Source: Eledone cirrhosa
Taxonomy: Eukaryota
Length of the DNA stretch: 64,000 bases
NCBI GenBank assembly: GCA_964016885.1
Contig: OZ024743.1
Coordinates: forward strand, 138,074,001-138,138,000
Direction of reading: 5' to 3'
Below, one piece after another: positions 12,201-24,800 of this stretch. The notes beneath the pieces were generated by a model that saw only the letters and a program-made list of their open reading frames with translations, made no database searches and was not told the origin of the DNA. How positions within the stretch are numbered: position 1 is the first letter of the stretch; each line of letters opens with the position of its first letter. Both the position numbers and the translations under genes were made by a program.

Positions 12201-15200
12201 GTGCTTGGTGTTTGGTGTTTGGTGCTTGGTGCCTGGTGCTTGTTGTTTGGTGCTTGGTGCTTGGTGATTAGTGTTTGGTGCTTGGTCCTTGGGGTTTGCT
12301 GTTTGGTGCGTGGTGCTTGGTATTTGGTGCTTGGTGCTTGGTGTTTGGTGTTTGGTGCTTGGAGTTTGGTGTTTGGTGCTTGGTGCTTGGTGCTTGGTGT
12401 TTGGTGCTTGGTGCTTGGTGTTTGGTGCTTGGTGCTTTGTGTTTGGTGCTTGGTGTTTGGTGCTTGGTGCTTGGTGCTTGGTGCTTGGTGTTAGGTGTTT
12501 GGTGCTTGGTGATTGGTGTTTGATGTTAGGTTCTTGGTGCTTGGTGTTTGGTGTTTGGTGCTTGGTGCTTGGTGGTTGGTGTTTGGTGCTTGGTGTTTTG
12601 TGTTTGGAGTTTGGTGCTTGGTGTTTGGTGCTTCGGTCTTGGTGTTTGGTGTTTGGTGCTTGGTGCTTGGTGTTTGGTGTTTGGTGCCTGGTGCTTGGTG
12701 TTTGGTGGTTGATGTTTGGTGTTTGGTGATTGGTGCTTGGTGTTTGGTGCTTGGTGCTTGGTGCTTGGTGCTTGGTGTTAGGCGTTTGGTGCTTGGTGCT
12801 TGGTGATTGATGTTTGGTCCTTGGTGCTTGGTGTTTGGTATTTGGTGCTTGGTGCTTGGTGCTTGGTGTTTGGTGTTTGGTGCTTGCTGCTTGCTGCTTG
12901 GTGTTTGGAGCTAGGGGCTTGGTGCTTGGTGCTTGGTGTTTGGTGCTTGGTGCTTGGTGTTTGGTGTTTGGTGCTTGGTGTGTGGGACTTGGTGTTTGGT
13001 GCTTGGTGTTTGGAGTTTGGTGTTTGGTGCTTGGTGCCTGGTGCTTGGTGTTTGGTGTTTGGTGCTTGGTGTTTGGTGCTTGGGGTTTCGTGCTTGGTCT
13101 TCGGTGCTTGGTGCTTGGTGCTTGGTGCTTGGTGTTTGGTGTTTGGTGCTTGGTGCTTGGTGTTTGATGTTTGGTCCTTGGTGCTTGGTGTTTGGTGTTG
13201 TGTGCTTGGTGCTTGGTGCTTGGTGTTTGGTGCTTGGTGTTTGGTGCTTGGTGTTTGGTGATTGGTGTTTGGTGCTTGGTGTTTGGGGCTTGGTGTTCGG
13301 TGCTTGGTGCTTGGTGCTTGGGGCTTGGTGTTTGGTGTTTGGTGCTTGGTGCTTGGTGTTTGATCTTGGGTCCTTGGTGCTTGGTCTTTGGTGTTTGGTG
13401 CTTGGTGCTTGGTGTTTGGTGCTTGGTGCTTGGTGTTTGGTGTTTGGTGCTTGGTGCTTGGGGCTTGGTGTTTGGTGCTTGGTGCTTGGTGTTTGGTGCT
13501 TGGTGCTTGGGGCTTGGTAGTTGGTGCTTGGTGCTTGGTGCCTGGTGTTTGGTGTTTGGAGTTTGGTGCTTGGTGTTTGGTGCTTGGTGCTTGGTGCTGG
13601 GTGGTTGGTGTTTGGTGCTTGGTGCTTGGTGTTTGGTGCTTGGTGCTTGGTGCTTGTTGTTTGGTGCTTGGTGCTTGGTGCTTGGTCTTTGGTGCATGGT
13701 GTTTGGTGTTTGGCGCTTGGTGCTTGGTGCTTGGTGTTTGGTGCTTGGTGCTTGGTGCTTGGTGTTTGGTGCTTGGTTCTTGGTGATTAGTGTTTGTTGC
13801 TTGGTGCTTGGGGTTTGGTGGTTTGTCCTTGGTGCTTGGTGTTTGGCGTTTGGTGTTTGGTGTTTGGTGTTTGCTGTTTGGTGTCTGCTTTTTGGTGTTT
13901 GGTGTTTGCTGTATGGGGTTTGCTGTTTGGTGCGTGGAGCTTGGTATTTGGTGCTTGGTGCTTGGTGTTTGGTGTTTGGTGCTTGGGGTTTGGTGTTTGG
14001 TGCTTGGTGCTTGGTGTTTGGTGCTTGGTGCTTGGTGTTTGGTGCTTGGTGCTTTGTGTTTGGTGCTTGGTGTTTGGTGCTTGGTGCTTGGTGCTTGGTG
14101 CTTGGTGTTAGGTGGTTGGGGTTTGGTGTTTGGTGCTTGGTGTTTGGTGTTTGGTGCTGGGTGCATGGAGTTTGGTGCTTGGTGCTTAGTGCTTGGTGTT
14201 TGGTGTTTGGTGCTTGGTATTTGGTGTTTGGTGTTTGATGCTTGGTGTGTGGTGCTTGGTGCTTGGTGTTTTGTGTTTGGTGCTTGGTGCTTGGTGCCTG
14301 GTGCTTGGTGCTTGGTGCTTGTTGTTTGGTGCTTGGTGCTTGGTGATTAGTGTTTGGTGCTTGGTCCTTGGTGCTTGGTGCTTGGTGTTAGGTGTTTGGT
14401 GCTTGGTGATTGGTGTTTGATGTTAGGTTCTTGGTGCTTGGTGTTTGGTGTTTGGTGCTTGGTGCTTGGTGTTTGGTGTTTGGTGCTTGGTGTTTTGTGT
14501 TTGGAGTTTGGTGCTTGGTGTTTGGTGCTTCGGTCTTGGTGTTTGGTGTTTGGTGCTTGGTGCTTGGTGTTTGGTGTTTGGTGCCTGGTGCTTGGTGTTT
14601 GGTGGTTGATGTTTGGTGTTTGGTGATTGGTGCTTGGTGTTTGGTGCTTGGTGCTTGGTGCTTGGTGCTTGGTGCTTGGTGTTAGGCGTTTGGTGCTTGG
14701 TGCTTGGTGATTGATGTTTGGTGCTTGGTGCTTGGTGTTTGGTATTTGGTGCTTGGTGCTTGGTGCTTGGTGTTTGGTGTTTGGTGCTTGCTGCTTGCTG
14801 CTTGGTGTTTGGAGCTAGGGACTTGGTGTTTGGTGCTTGGTGTTTGGTGTTTGGTGTTTGGTGCTTGGTGCCTGGTGCTTGGTGTTTGGTGTTTGGTGCT
14901 TGGTGTTTGGTGCTTGGGGTTTCGTGCTTGGTGTTCGGTGCTTGGTGCTTGGTGCTTGGTGCTTGGTGTTTGGTGTTTGGTGCTTGGTGCTTGGTGTTTG
15001 ATGTTTGGTCCTTGGTGCTTGGTGTTTAGTGTTGTGTGCTTGGTGCTTGGTGCTTGGTGTTTGGTGCTTGGTGTTTGGTGCTTGGTGTTTGGTGTTTGCT
15101 GTTTGCTGTTTGGTGTTTGCTGTTTGCTGTTTGGTGTTTGCTGTTTGGTGTTTGGTGTTTGGTGCTTGCTGTTTGGTGCTTGGTGCTTGGTGTTTGGTGT

Positions 15201-18200
15201 TTGGTGCTTGGTGTTTGGTGCTTGGTGCTTGGTGCTGGGTGTTTGGTGCTTGGTGCTTGGTGTTTGGTGCTTGGTGCTTGGTGCTTGGTGTTTGGTCCTT
15301 GGTGCTTGGAGCTTAGTCTTTGGTGCTTGGGTTTTGGTGTTTGGTGCTAGGTGCTTGGTGTTTGGTGCTTGGTGCTTGGTGCTTGGTGCTTGGTGTTTGG
15401 TGCTTGCTGCTTGGTGCTTGGTGTTTGGTGCTTGGTGCTTGGTGATTAGTGTTTGGTGATTGGTGCTTGGGGTTTGGTTTTTGGGGCTTGGTGTTTGGTG
15501 CTTGGTGCTTGCTGTTTGGTGTTTGGTGTTTGGTTCTTGGTGCTTGGTGTTTGGTGTTTGGTGTTTGGTGCTTGGTGCTTGGTGCTTGTTGTTTGGTGCT
15601 TGTGCTTGATGCTTGGTGTTTGGTGCTGCGTGCTTGGTGTTTGGTGTTTGGTGCTTGGTGCCTGGTGCTTGTTGTTTGGTGTTTGGTGCTTAGTGCTTGG
15701 TGTTTGGTGTTTGGTCCTTGGTGCTTGGTGGCTGGTGTTTGGTGCTTGGTGTTTGGAGTTTGGTGCTTGGTGCTTGGTGCCTGGTGTTTCGTGCTTGGTG
15801 CTTGGTGCTTGGTGTTTGGTGTTTGGTGCTTGGTGTTTGGTGTTTGGTGCTTGGTACTTGGTGCTTGGTGCTTGGTGCTTGGTGTTTGGTGCTTGGTGTT
15901 TGATGCTGCGTGCTTGGTGTTTGGTGTTTGGTGCTTGGTGCTTGGTGTTTGGTGTTTGGAGCTTGGTGCCTGGTGCTTGTTGTTTGGTGTTTGGCGCTTG
16001 GTGCTTGGTGTTTGGTGTTTGGTGCTTGATGTTTGGTGTTTGGTGCTTGGTGCTTGGTGCTTGGTATCTGGTGTTTGGTGCTTGATGTTTGGTGTTTGGT
16101 GCTTGGTGTTTGGTGTTTGGTGCTTGGTGCTTGGTGTTTGGTGCTTGGTGTTTGGTGTTTGGTGTTTGATGCTTGGTGTTTGCTGCTTGGTGCTTGGTGC
16201 TTTGTGTTTTGTGTTTGGTGCTTGGTGCTTGGTGCCTGGTGCTTGGTGCTTGGTGCTTGTTGTCAGGTGCTTGGTGCTTGGTGATTAGTGTTTGGTGCTT
16301 GGTTTGCGGTATGGTGTTAGGTGCTTGGGGTTTGGTGTTTGGTGCTTGGTGCTTGGTGTTTGGTGCTTGGTGCTTGGTGCTTGGTGTTTGGTGCTTGGTG
16401 CTTGGTGTTTGGTGTTTGGTGCTTGGTGTTTGGTGTTTGGCGTTTGCTGTTTGCTGTTTGCTGTTTGGTGTTTGCTGTTTGGTGTTTGCTGTTTGGTGTT
16501 TGGTGTTTGGTGCTTGCTGTTTGGTGCTTGGTGCTTGGTGTTTGGTGTTTGGTGCTTGGTGCATGGTGCTGGGTGTTTGGTGCTTGGTGCTTGGTGTTTG
16601 GTGCTTGGTGCTTGGTGCTTGGTGTTTGGTCCTTGGTGCTTGGTGCTTGGTCTTTGGTGCTTGGGTTTTGGTGTTTGGTGCTTGGTGCTTGGTGTTTGGT
16701 GCTTGGTTCTTGGTGCTTGGTGCTTGGTGTTTGGTGATTGCTGCTTGGTGCTTGGTGTTTGGTGCTTGGTGCTTGGTGATTAGTGTTTGGTGATTGGTGC
16801 TTGGGGTTTGCTGTTTGGTGCTTGGTGTTTGGTGTTTGGTGCTTGCTGTTTGGTGTTTGGTGTTTGGTTCCTGGTGCTTGGTTTTTGGTGTTTGGTGTTT
16901 GGTGCTTGGTGCTTGGTGCTTGGTGTTTGGTGCTTGGTGCTTGGTGCTTGCTCTTTGGTGCTGCGTGCTTGGTGTTTGGTGCTTGGTGCCTGGTGCTTGT
17001 TGTTTGGTGCTTGGTGCTTGGTGATTAGTGTTTGGTGCTTGGTCCTTGGGGTTTGCTGTTTGGTGCTTGGTGCTTGGTATTTGGTGCTTGGTGCTTGGTG
17101 TTTGGTGTTTGGTGCTTGGAGTTTGGTGTTTGGTGCTTGGTGCTTGGTGCTTGGTGTTTGGTGCTTGGTGCTTGGTGTTTGGTGCTTGGTGCTTTGTGTT
17201 TGGTGCTTGGTGTTTGGTGCTTGGTGCTTGGTGCTTGGTGCTTGGTGTTAGGTGTTTGGTGCTTGGTGATTGGTGTTTGATGTTAGGTTCTTGGTGCTTG
17301 GTGTTTGGTGTTTGGTGCTTGGTGCTTGGTGGTTGGTGTTTGGTGCTTGGTGTTTTGTGTTTGGAGTTTGGTGCTTGGTGTTTGGTGCTTCGGTCTTGGT
17401 GTTTGGTGTTTGGTGCTTGGTGCTTGGTGTTTGGTGTTTGGTGCCTGGTGCTTGGTGTTTGGTGGTTGATGTTTGGTGTTTGGTGATTGGTGCTTGGTGT
17501 TTGGTGCTTGGTGCTTGGTGCTTGGTTCTTGGTGTTAGGCGTTTGGTGCTTGGTGCTTGGTGATTGATGTTTGGTCCTTGGTGCTTGGTGTTTGGTATTT
17601 GGTGCTTGGTGCTTGGTGCTTGGTGTTTGGTGTTTGGTGCTTGCTGCTTGCTGCTTGGTGTTTGGAGCTAGGGGCTTGGTGCTTGGTGCTTGGTGTTTGG
17701 TGCTTGGTGCTTGGTGTTTGGTGTTTGGTGCTTGGTGCGTGGGACTTGGTGTTTGGTGCTTGGTGTTTGGAGTTTGGTGTTTGGTGCTTGGTGCCTGGTG
17801 CTTGGTGTTTGGTGTTTGGTGCTTGGTGTTTGGTGCTTGGGGTTTCGTGCTTGGTCTTCGGTGCTTGGTGCTTGGTGCTTGGTGCTTGGTGTTTGGTGTT
17901 TGGTGCTTGGTGCTTGGTGTTTGATGTTTGGTCCTTGGTGCTTGGTGTTTGGTGTTGTGTGCTTGGTGCTTGGTGCTTGGTGTTTGGTGCTTGGTGTTTG
18001 GTGCTTGGTGTTTGGTGATTGGTGTTTGGTGCTTGGTGTTTGGGGCTTGGTGTTCGGTGCTTGGTGCTTGGTGCTTGGGGCTTGGTGTTTGGTGTTTGGT
18101 GCTTGGTGCTTGGTGTTTGATCTTGGGTCCTTGGTGCTTGGTCTTTGGTGTTTGGTGCTTGGTGCTTGGTGTTTGGTGCTTGGTGCTTGGTGTTTGGTGC

Positions 18201-18815
18201 TTGGTGCTTGGGGCTTGGTAGTTGGTGCTTGGTGCTTGGTGCCTGGTGTTTGGTGTTTGGAGTTTGGTTCTTGGTGTTTGGTGCTTGGTGCTTGGTGCTG
18301 GGTGGTTGGTGTTTGGTGCTTGGTGCTTGGTGTTTGGTGCTTGGTGCTTGGTGCTTGTTGTTTGGTGCTTGGTGCTTGGTGCTTGGTCTTTGGTGCATGG
18401 TGTTTGGTGTTTGGCGCTTGGTGCTTGGTGCTTGGTGTTTGGTGCTTGGTGCTTGGTGCTTGGTGTTTGGTGCTTGGTTCTTGGTGATTAGTGTTTGTTG
18501 CTTGGTGCTTGGGGTTTGGTGGTTTGTCCTTGGTGCTTGGTGTTTGGCGTTTGGTGTTTGGTGTTTGGTGTTTGCTGTTTGGTGTCTGCTTTTTGGTGTT
18601 TGGTGTTTGCTGTATGGGGTTTGCTGTTTGGTGCGTGGAGCTTGGTATTTGGTGCTTGGTGCTTGGTGTTTGGTGTTTGGTGCTTGGGGTTTGGTGTTTG
18701 GTGCTTGGTGCTTGGTGTTTGGTGCTTGGTGCTTGGTGTTTGGTGCTTGGTGCTTTGTGTTTGGTGCTTGGTGTTTGGTGCTTGGTGCTTGGTGCTTGGT
18801 GCTTGGTGTTAGGTG
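9290..18815 (+). repeat. Tandem HOR duplication, period ~4.70-4.84 kb, 2 copies
   Basis: Offsets step down along the block: 4,835 (9519/14354), 4,765 (10240/15005), 4,764 (11528/16292), 4,757 (12271/17028), 4,701 (13790/18491). Confidence 0.93.
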
Positions 18816-21800
18816 GTTGGGGTTTGGTGTTTGGTGCTTGGTGCTTGGTGTTTGGTGCTTGGGGTTTGGTGTTTGGTGCTTGGTGCTTTGTGTTTGGTGC
18901 TTGGTGTTTGGTGCTTGGTGCTTGGTGCTTGGTGCTTGGTGATTGGTGTTTGATGTTACGTTCTTGGTGCTTGGTGTTTGGTGTTTGGTCCTTGGTACTT
19001 GGTGTTTGGTGTTTGGTGGTTGCTGCTTGGTGCTTGGTGTTTTGTGTTTGGAGTTTGGTGCTTGGTGTTTGGTGCTTCGGTCTTGGTGTTTGGTGTTTGG
19101 TGATTGCTGCTTGGTGCTTGGTGTTTGGTGCTTGGTGCTTGGTGATTAGTGTTTGGTGATTGGTGCTTGGGGTTTGCTGTTTGGTGCTTGGTGTTTGGTG
19201 CTTGGTGCTTGCTGTTTGGTGTTTGGTGTTTGGTTCTTGGTGCTTGGTGTTTGGTGTTTGGTGTCTGGTGCTTGGTGCTTGGTGCTTGGTGTTTGGTGCT
19301 TGGTGCTTGGTGCTTGGTGTTTGGTGCTGCGTGCTTGGTGTTTGGTGTTTGGTGCTTGGTGCCTGGTGCTTGTTGTTTGGTGTTTGGTGCTTAGTGCTTG
19401 GTGTTTGGTGTTTGGTGCTTGGTGCTTGGTGGCTGGTGCTTGGTGCTTGGTGTTTGGAGTTTGGTGCTTGGTGCTTGGTGCCTGGTGTATCGTGCTTGGT
19501 GCTTGGTGCTTGGTGTTTGGTGTTTGGTGCTTGGTGTTTGGTGTTTGGTACTTGGTGCTTGGTGCTTGGTGCTTGGTGTTTGGTGCTTGGTGTTTGATGC
19601 TGCATGCTTGGTGTTTGGTGTTTGGTGCTTGGTGCTTGGTGTTTGGTGTTTGGAGCTTGGTTCCTGCTGCTTGTTGTTTGGTGTTTGGTGCTTGGTGCTT
19701 GGTGTTTGGTGTTTGGTGCTTGGTGTTTGGTGCTTGGTATCTGGTGTTTGGTGCTTGATGTTTGGTGTTTGGTGCTTGGTGTTTGGTGCTTGGTGTTTGG
19801 TGTTTGGTGCTTGGTGCTTGGTGTTTGGTGCTTGGTGTTTGGTGTTTGGTGTTTGATGCTTGGTGTTTGCTGCTTGGTGCTTGGTGCTTGGTGTTTTGTG
19901 TTTGGTGCTTGGTGCCTGGTGCCTGGTGCTTGGTGCTTGGTGCTTGTTGTTTGGTGCTTGGTGCTTGGTGATTAGTGTTTGGTGCTTGGTGCTTGCGGTT
20001 TGATGTTTGGTGCCTGGGGTTTGGTGTTTGGTGCTTGGTGCTTGGTGTTTGGTGCTTGGTGCTTGGTGTTTGGTGTTTGGTGCTTGGTGCTTGGTGTTTG
20101 GTGCTTGGTGCTTGGTGTTTGGTGCTTGGTGTTTGGTGCTTGGTGCTTGGTGCTTGGTGCTTGGTGTTAGGTGTTTGGTGCTTGGTGCTTCGTGTTTGAT
20201 GTTTGGTCCTTGGTGCTTGGTGTTTGGTGTTTGGTGCTTGGTGCTTGGTGTTTGGTGTTTGGTGCTTGCTGCTTGCTGCTTGGTGTTTGGTGCTTGGTGA
20301 TTGGTGCTTGGTGTTTTGTGCTTGGTGCTTGATGTTTGGTGTTTGGTGCTAGGGGCTTGGTGCTTGGTGCTTGGTGTTTGGTGCTTGGTGCTTGCTGTTT
20401 GGTGTTTGGTGCTTGGTGCTTGGTGCTTGGTGTTTGATCTTGGGTCCTTGGTGCTTGGTGTTTGGTGTTTGGTGCTTGGTGCTTGGTGTTTGGTGCTTGG
20501 TGCTTGGTGTTTGGTGTTTGGTGGTTGGTGCTTGGGGCTTGGTGTTTGGTGCTTGGTGCTTGGGGCTTGGTAGTTGGTGCTTGGTGCTTGGTGCCTGGTG
20601 TTTGGTGTTTGGTGTTTGGTGCTTGGTGTTTGGTGCTTGGTGCTTGGTGCTGGGTGGTTGGTGTTTGGTGCTTGGTGCTTGGTGTTTGGTGCTTGGTGCT
20701 TGGTGCTTGTTGTTTGGTGCTTGGTGCTTGGTGCTTGGTCTTCGGTGCATGGTGTTTGGTGTTTGGCGCTTGGTGCTTGGTGCTTGGTGTTTGGTGCTTG
20801 GTGCTTGGTGCTTGGTGTTTGGTGCTTGGTTCTTGGTGATTAGTGTTTGGTGCTTGGTGATTGGTGTTTGATGTTACGTTCTTGGTGCTTGGTGTTTGGT
20901 GTTTGGTGCTTGGTACTTGGTGTTTGGTGTTTGGTGGTTGCTGCTTGGTGCTTGGTGTTTTGTGTTTGGAGTTTGGTGCTTGGTGTTTGGTGCTTCGGTC
21001 TTGGTGTTTGGTGTTTGGTGATTGCTGCTTGGTGCTTGGTGTTTGGTGCTTGGTGCTTGGTGATTAGTGTTTGGTGATTGGTGCTTGGGGTTTGCTGTTT
21101 GGTGCTTGGTGTTTGGTGCTTGGTGCTTGCTGTTTGGTGTTTGGTGTTTGGTTCTTGGTGCTTGGTGTTTGGTGTTTGGTGTCTGGTGCTTGGTGCTTGG
21201 TGCTTGGTGTTTGGTGCTTGGTGCTTGGTGCTTGGTGTTTGGTGCTGCGTGCTTGGTGTTTGGTGTTTGGTGCTTGGTGCCTGGTGCTTGTTGTTTGGTG
21301 TTTGGTGCTTAGTGCTTGGTGTTTGGTGTTTGGTGCTTGGTGCTTGGTGGCTGCTGCTTGGTGCTTGGTGTTTGGAGTTTGGTGCTTGGTGCTTGGTGCC
21401 TGGTGTTTCGTGCTTGGTGCTTGGTGCTTGGTGTTTGGTGTTTGGTGCTTGGTGTTTGGTGTTTGGTACTTGGTGCTTGGTGCTTGGTGCTTGGTGTTTG
21501 GTGCTTGGTGTTTGATGCTGCATGCTTGGTGTTTGGTGTTTGGTGCTTGGTGCTTGGGGTTTGGTGTTTGGAGCTCGGTTCCTGCTGCTTGTTGTTTGGT
21601 GTTTGGTGCTTGGTGCTTGGTGTTTGGTGTTTGGTGCTTGGTGTTTGGTGCTTGGTATCTGGTGTTTGGTGCTTGATGTTTGGTGTTTGGTGCTTGGTGC
21701 TTGGTGCTTGGTGTTTGGTGTTTGGTGCTTGGTGCTTGGTGTTTGGTGCTTGGTGTTTGGTGTTTGGTGTTTGATGCTTGGTGTTTGCTGCTTGGTGCTT

Positions 21801-24800
21801 GGTACTTGGTGTTTTGTGTTTGGTGCTTGGTGCCTGGTGCCTGGTGCTTGGTGCTTGGTGCTTGTTGTTTGGTGCTTGGTGCTTGGTGATTAGTGTTTGG
21901 TGCTTGGTGCTTGCGGTTTGATGTTTGGTGCCTGGGGTTTGGTGTTTGGTGCTTGGTGCTTGGTGTTTGGTGCTTGGTGCTTGGTGTTTGGTGTTTGGTG
22001 CTTGGTGCTTGGTGTTTGGTGCTTAGTGCTTGGTGTTTGGTGCTTGGTGTTTGGTGCTTGGTGCTTGGTGCTTGGTGCTTGGTGTTAGGTGTTTGGTGCT
22101 TGGTGCTTCGTGTTTGATGTTTGGTCCTTGGTGCTTGGTGTTTGGTGTTTGGTGCTTGGTGCTTGGTGTTTGGCGTTTGGTGCTTGCTGCTTGCTGCTTG
22201 GTGTTTGGTGCTTGGTGATTGGTGCTTGGTGTTTTGTGCTTGGTGCTTGATGTTTGGTGTTTGGTGCTAGGGGCTTGGTGCTTGGTGCTTGGTGTTTGGT
22301 GCTTGGTGCTTGCTGTTTGGTGTTTGGTGCTTGGTGCTTGGTGCTTGGTGTTTGATCTTGGGTCCTTGGTGCTTGGTGTTTGGTGTTTGGTGCTTGGTGC
22401 TTGGTGTTTGGTGCTTGGTGCTTGGTGTTTGGTGTTTGGTGGTTGGTGCTTGGGGCTTGGTGTTTGGTGCTTGGTGCTTGGTGTTTGGTGCTTGGTGCTT
22501 GGGGCTTGGTAGTTGGTGCTTGGTGCTTGGTGCCTGGTGTTTGGTGTTTGGTGTTTGGTGCTTGGTGTTTGGTGCTTGGTGCTTGGTGCTGGGTGGTTGG
22601 TGTTTGGTGCTTGGTGCTTGGTGTTTGGTGCTTGGTGCTTGGTGCTTGTTGTTTGGTGCTTGGTGCTTGGTGCTTGGTCTTTGATGCATGGTGTTTGGTG
22701 TTTGGCGCTTGGTGCTTGGTGCTTGGTGTTTGGTGCTTGGTGCTTGGTGCTTGGTGTTTGGTGCTTGGTTCTTGGTGATTAGTGTTTGTTGCTTGGGGTT
22801 TGGTGGTTGGTCCTTGGTGCTTGGTGTTTGGTGTTTGGTGTTTGGTGTTTGCTGTTTGGTGTCTGCTTTTTGGTGTTTGGTGTTTGCTGTATGGTGTTTG
22901 CTCTTTCGTATTTGGTTTTTGCTGTTTGGTGTTTGCTGTTTGCTGTTTTGTGTTTGGTGTTTGGTGCTTGGTGCTTGGTGCTTGGTGTTTGGCGTTTGGT
23001 GCTTGGAGCTTGGTGTCTGGTGTTTGGTGCTTGGTGTTTGGTGTTTGGTGCTTGGTGCTTGGTGCTTGGTGTTTGGTGTTTGGTGCTTGGTGTTTGGTGT
23101 TTGGTGCTGGGTGCATGGAGTTTGGTGCTTGGTGCTTAGTGCTTGGTGTTTGGTGTTTGGTGCTTGGTATTTGGTGTTTGGTGTTTGATGCTTGGTGTGT
23201 GGTGCTTGGTGCTTGGTGTTTTGTGTTTGGTGCTTGGTGCTTGGTGCCTGGTGCTTGGTGCTTGGTGCTTGTTGTTTGGTGCTTGGTGCTTGGTGATTAG
23301 TGTTTGGTGCTTGGTCCTTGGTGCTTGGTGCTTGGTGTTAGGTGTTTGGTGCTTGGTGATTGGTGTTTGATGTTAGGTTCTTGGTGCTTGGTGTTTGGTG
23401 TTTGGTGCTTGGTGCTTGGTGTTTGGTGTTTGGTGCTTGGTGTTTTGTGTTTGGAGTTTGGTGCTTGGTGTTTGGTGCTTCGGTCTTGGTGTTTGGTGTT
23501 TGGTGCTTGGTGCTTGGTGTTTGGTGTTTGGTGCCTGGTGCTTGGTGTTTGGTGGTTGATGTTTGGTGTTTGGTGATTGGTGCTTGGTGTTTGGTGCTTG
23601 GTGCTTGGTGCTTGGTGCTTGGTGTTAGGCGTTTGGTGCTTGGTGCTTGGTGATTGATGTTTGGTGCTTGGTGCTTGGTGTTTGGTATTTGGTGCTTGGT
23701 GCTTGGTGCTTGGTGTTTGGTGTTTGGTGCTTGCTGCTTGCTGCTTGGTGTTTGGAGCTAGGGGCTTGGTGCTTGGTGCTTGGTGTTTGGTGCTTGGTGC
23801 TTGGTGTTTGGTGTTTGGTGCTTGGTGCGTGGGACTTGGTGTTTGGTGCTTGGTGTTTGGTGTTTGGTGTTTGGTGTTTGGTGCCTGGTGCTTGGTGTTT
23901 GGTGTTCGGTGCTTGGTGCTTGGTGCTTGGTGCTTGGTGTTTGGTGTTTGGTGCTTGGTGCTTGGTGTTTGATGTTTGGTCCTTGGTGCTTGGTGTTTAG
24001 TGTTGTGTGCTTGGTGCTTGGTGCTTGGTGCTTGGTGTTTGGTGTTTGCTGTTTGCTGTTTGGTGTTTGCTGTTTGCTGTTTGGTGTTTGCTGTTTGGTG
24101 TTTGGTGTTTGGTGCTTGCTGTTTGGTGCTTGGTGCTTGGTGTTTGGTGTTTGGTGCTTGGTGTTTGGTGCTTGGTGCTTGGTGCTGGGTGTTCGGTGCT
24201 TGGTGCTTGGTGTTTGGTGCTTGGTGCTTGGTGCTTGGTGTTTGGTCCTTGGTGCTTGGAGCTTAGTCTTTGGTGCTTGGGTTTTGGTGTTTGGTGCTAG
24301 GTGCTTGGTGTTTGGTGCTTGGTGCTTGGTGCTTGGTGCTTGGTGTTTGGTGCTTGCTGCTTGGTGCTTGGTGTTTGGTGCTTGGTGCTTGGTGATTAGT
24401 GTTTGGTGATTGGTGCTTGGGGTTTGGTTTTTGGGGCTTGGTGTTTGGTGCTTGGTGCTTGCTGTTTGGTGTTTGGTGTTTGGTTCTTGGTGCTTGGTGT
24501 TTGGTGTTTGGTGTTTGGTGCTTGGTGCTTGGTGCTTGGTCTTTGGTGCTTGGTGCTTGGTGCTTGGTGTTTGGTGCTGCGTGCTTGGTGTTTGGTGTTT
24601 GGTGCTTGGTGCCTGGTGCTTGTTGTTTGGTGTTTGGTGCTTAGTGCTTGGTGTTTGGTGTTTGGTCCTTGGTGCTTGGTGGCTGGTGTTTGGTGCTTGG
24701 TGTTTGGAGTTTGGTGCTTGGTGCTTGGTGCCTGGTGTTTCGTGCTTGGTGCTTGGTGCTTGGTGTTTGGTGTTTGGTGCTTGGTGTTTGGTGTTTGGTG

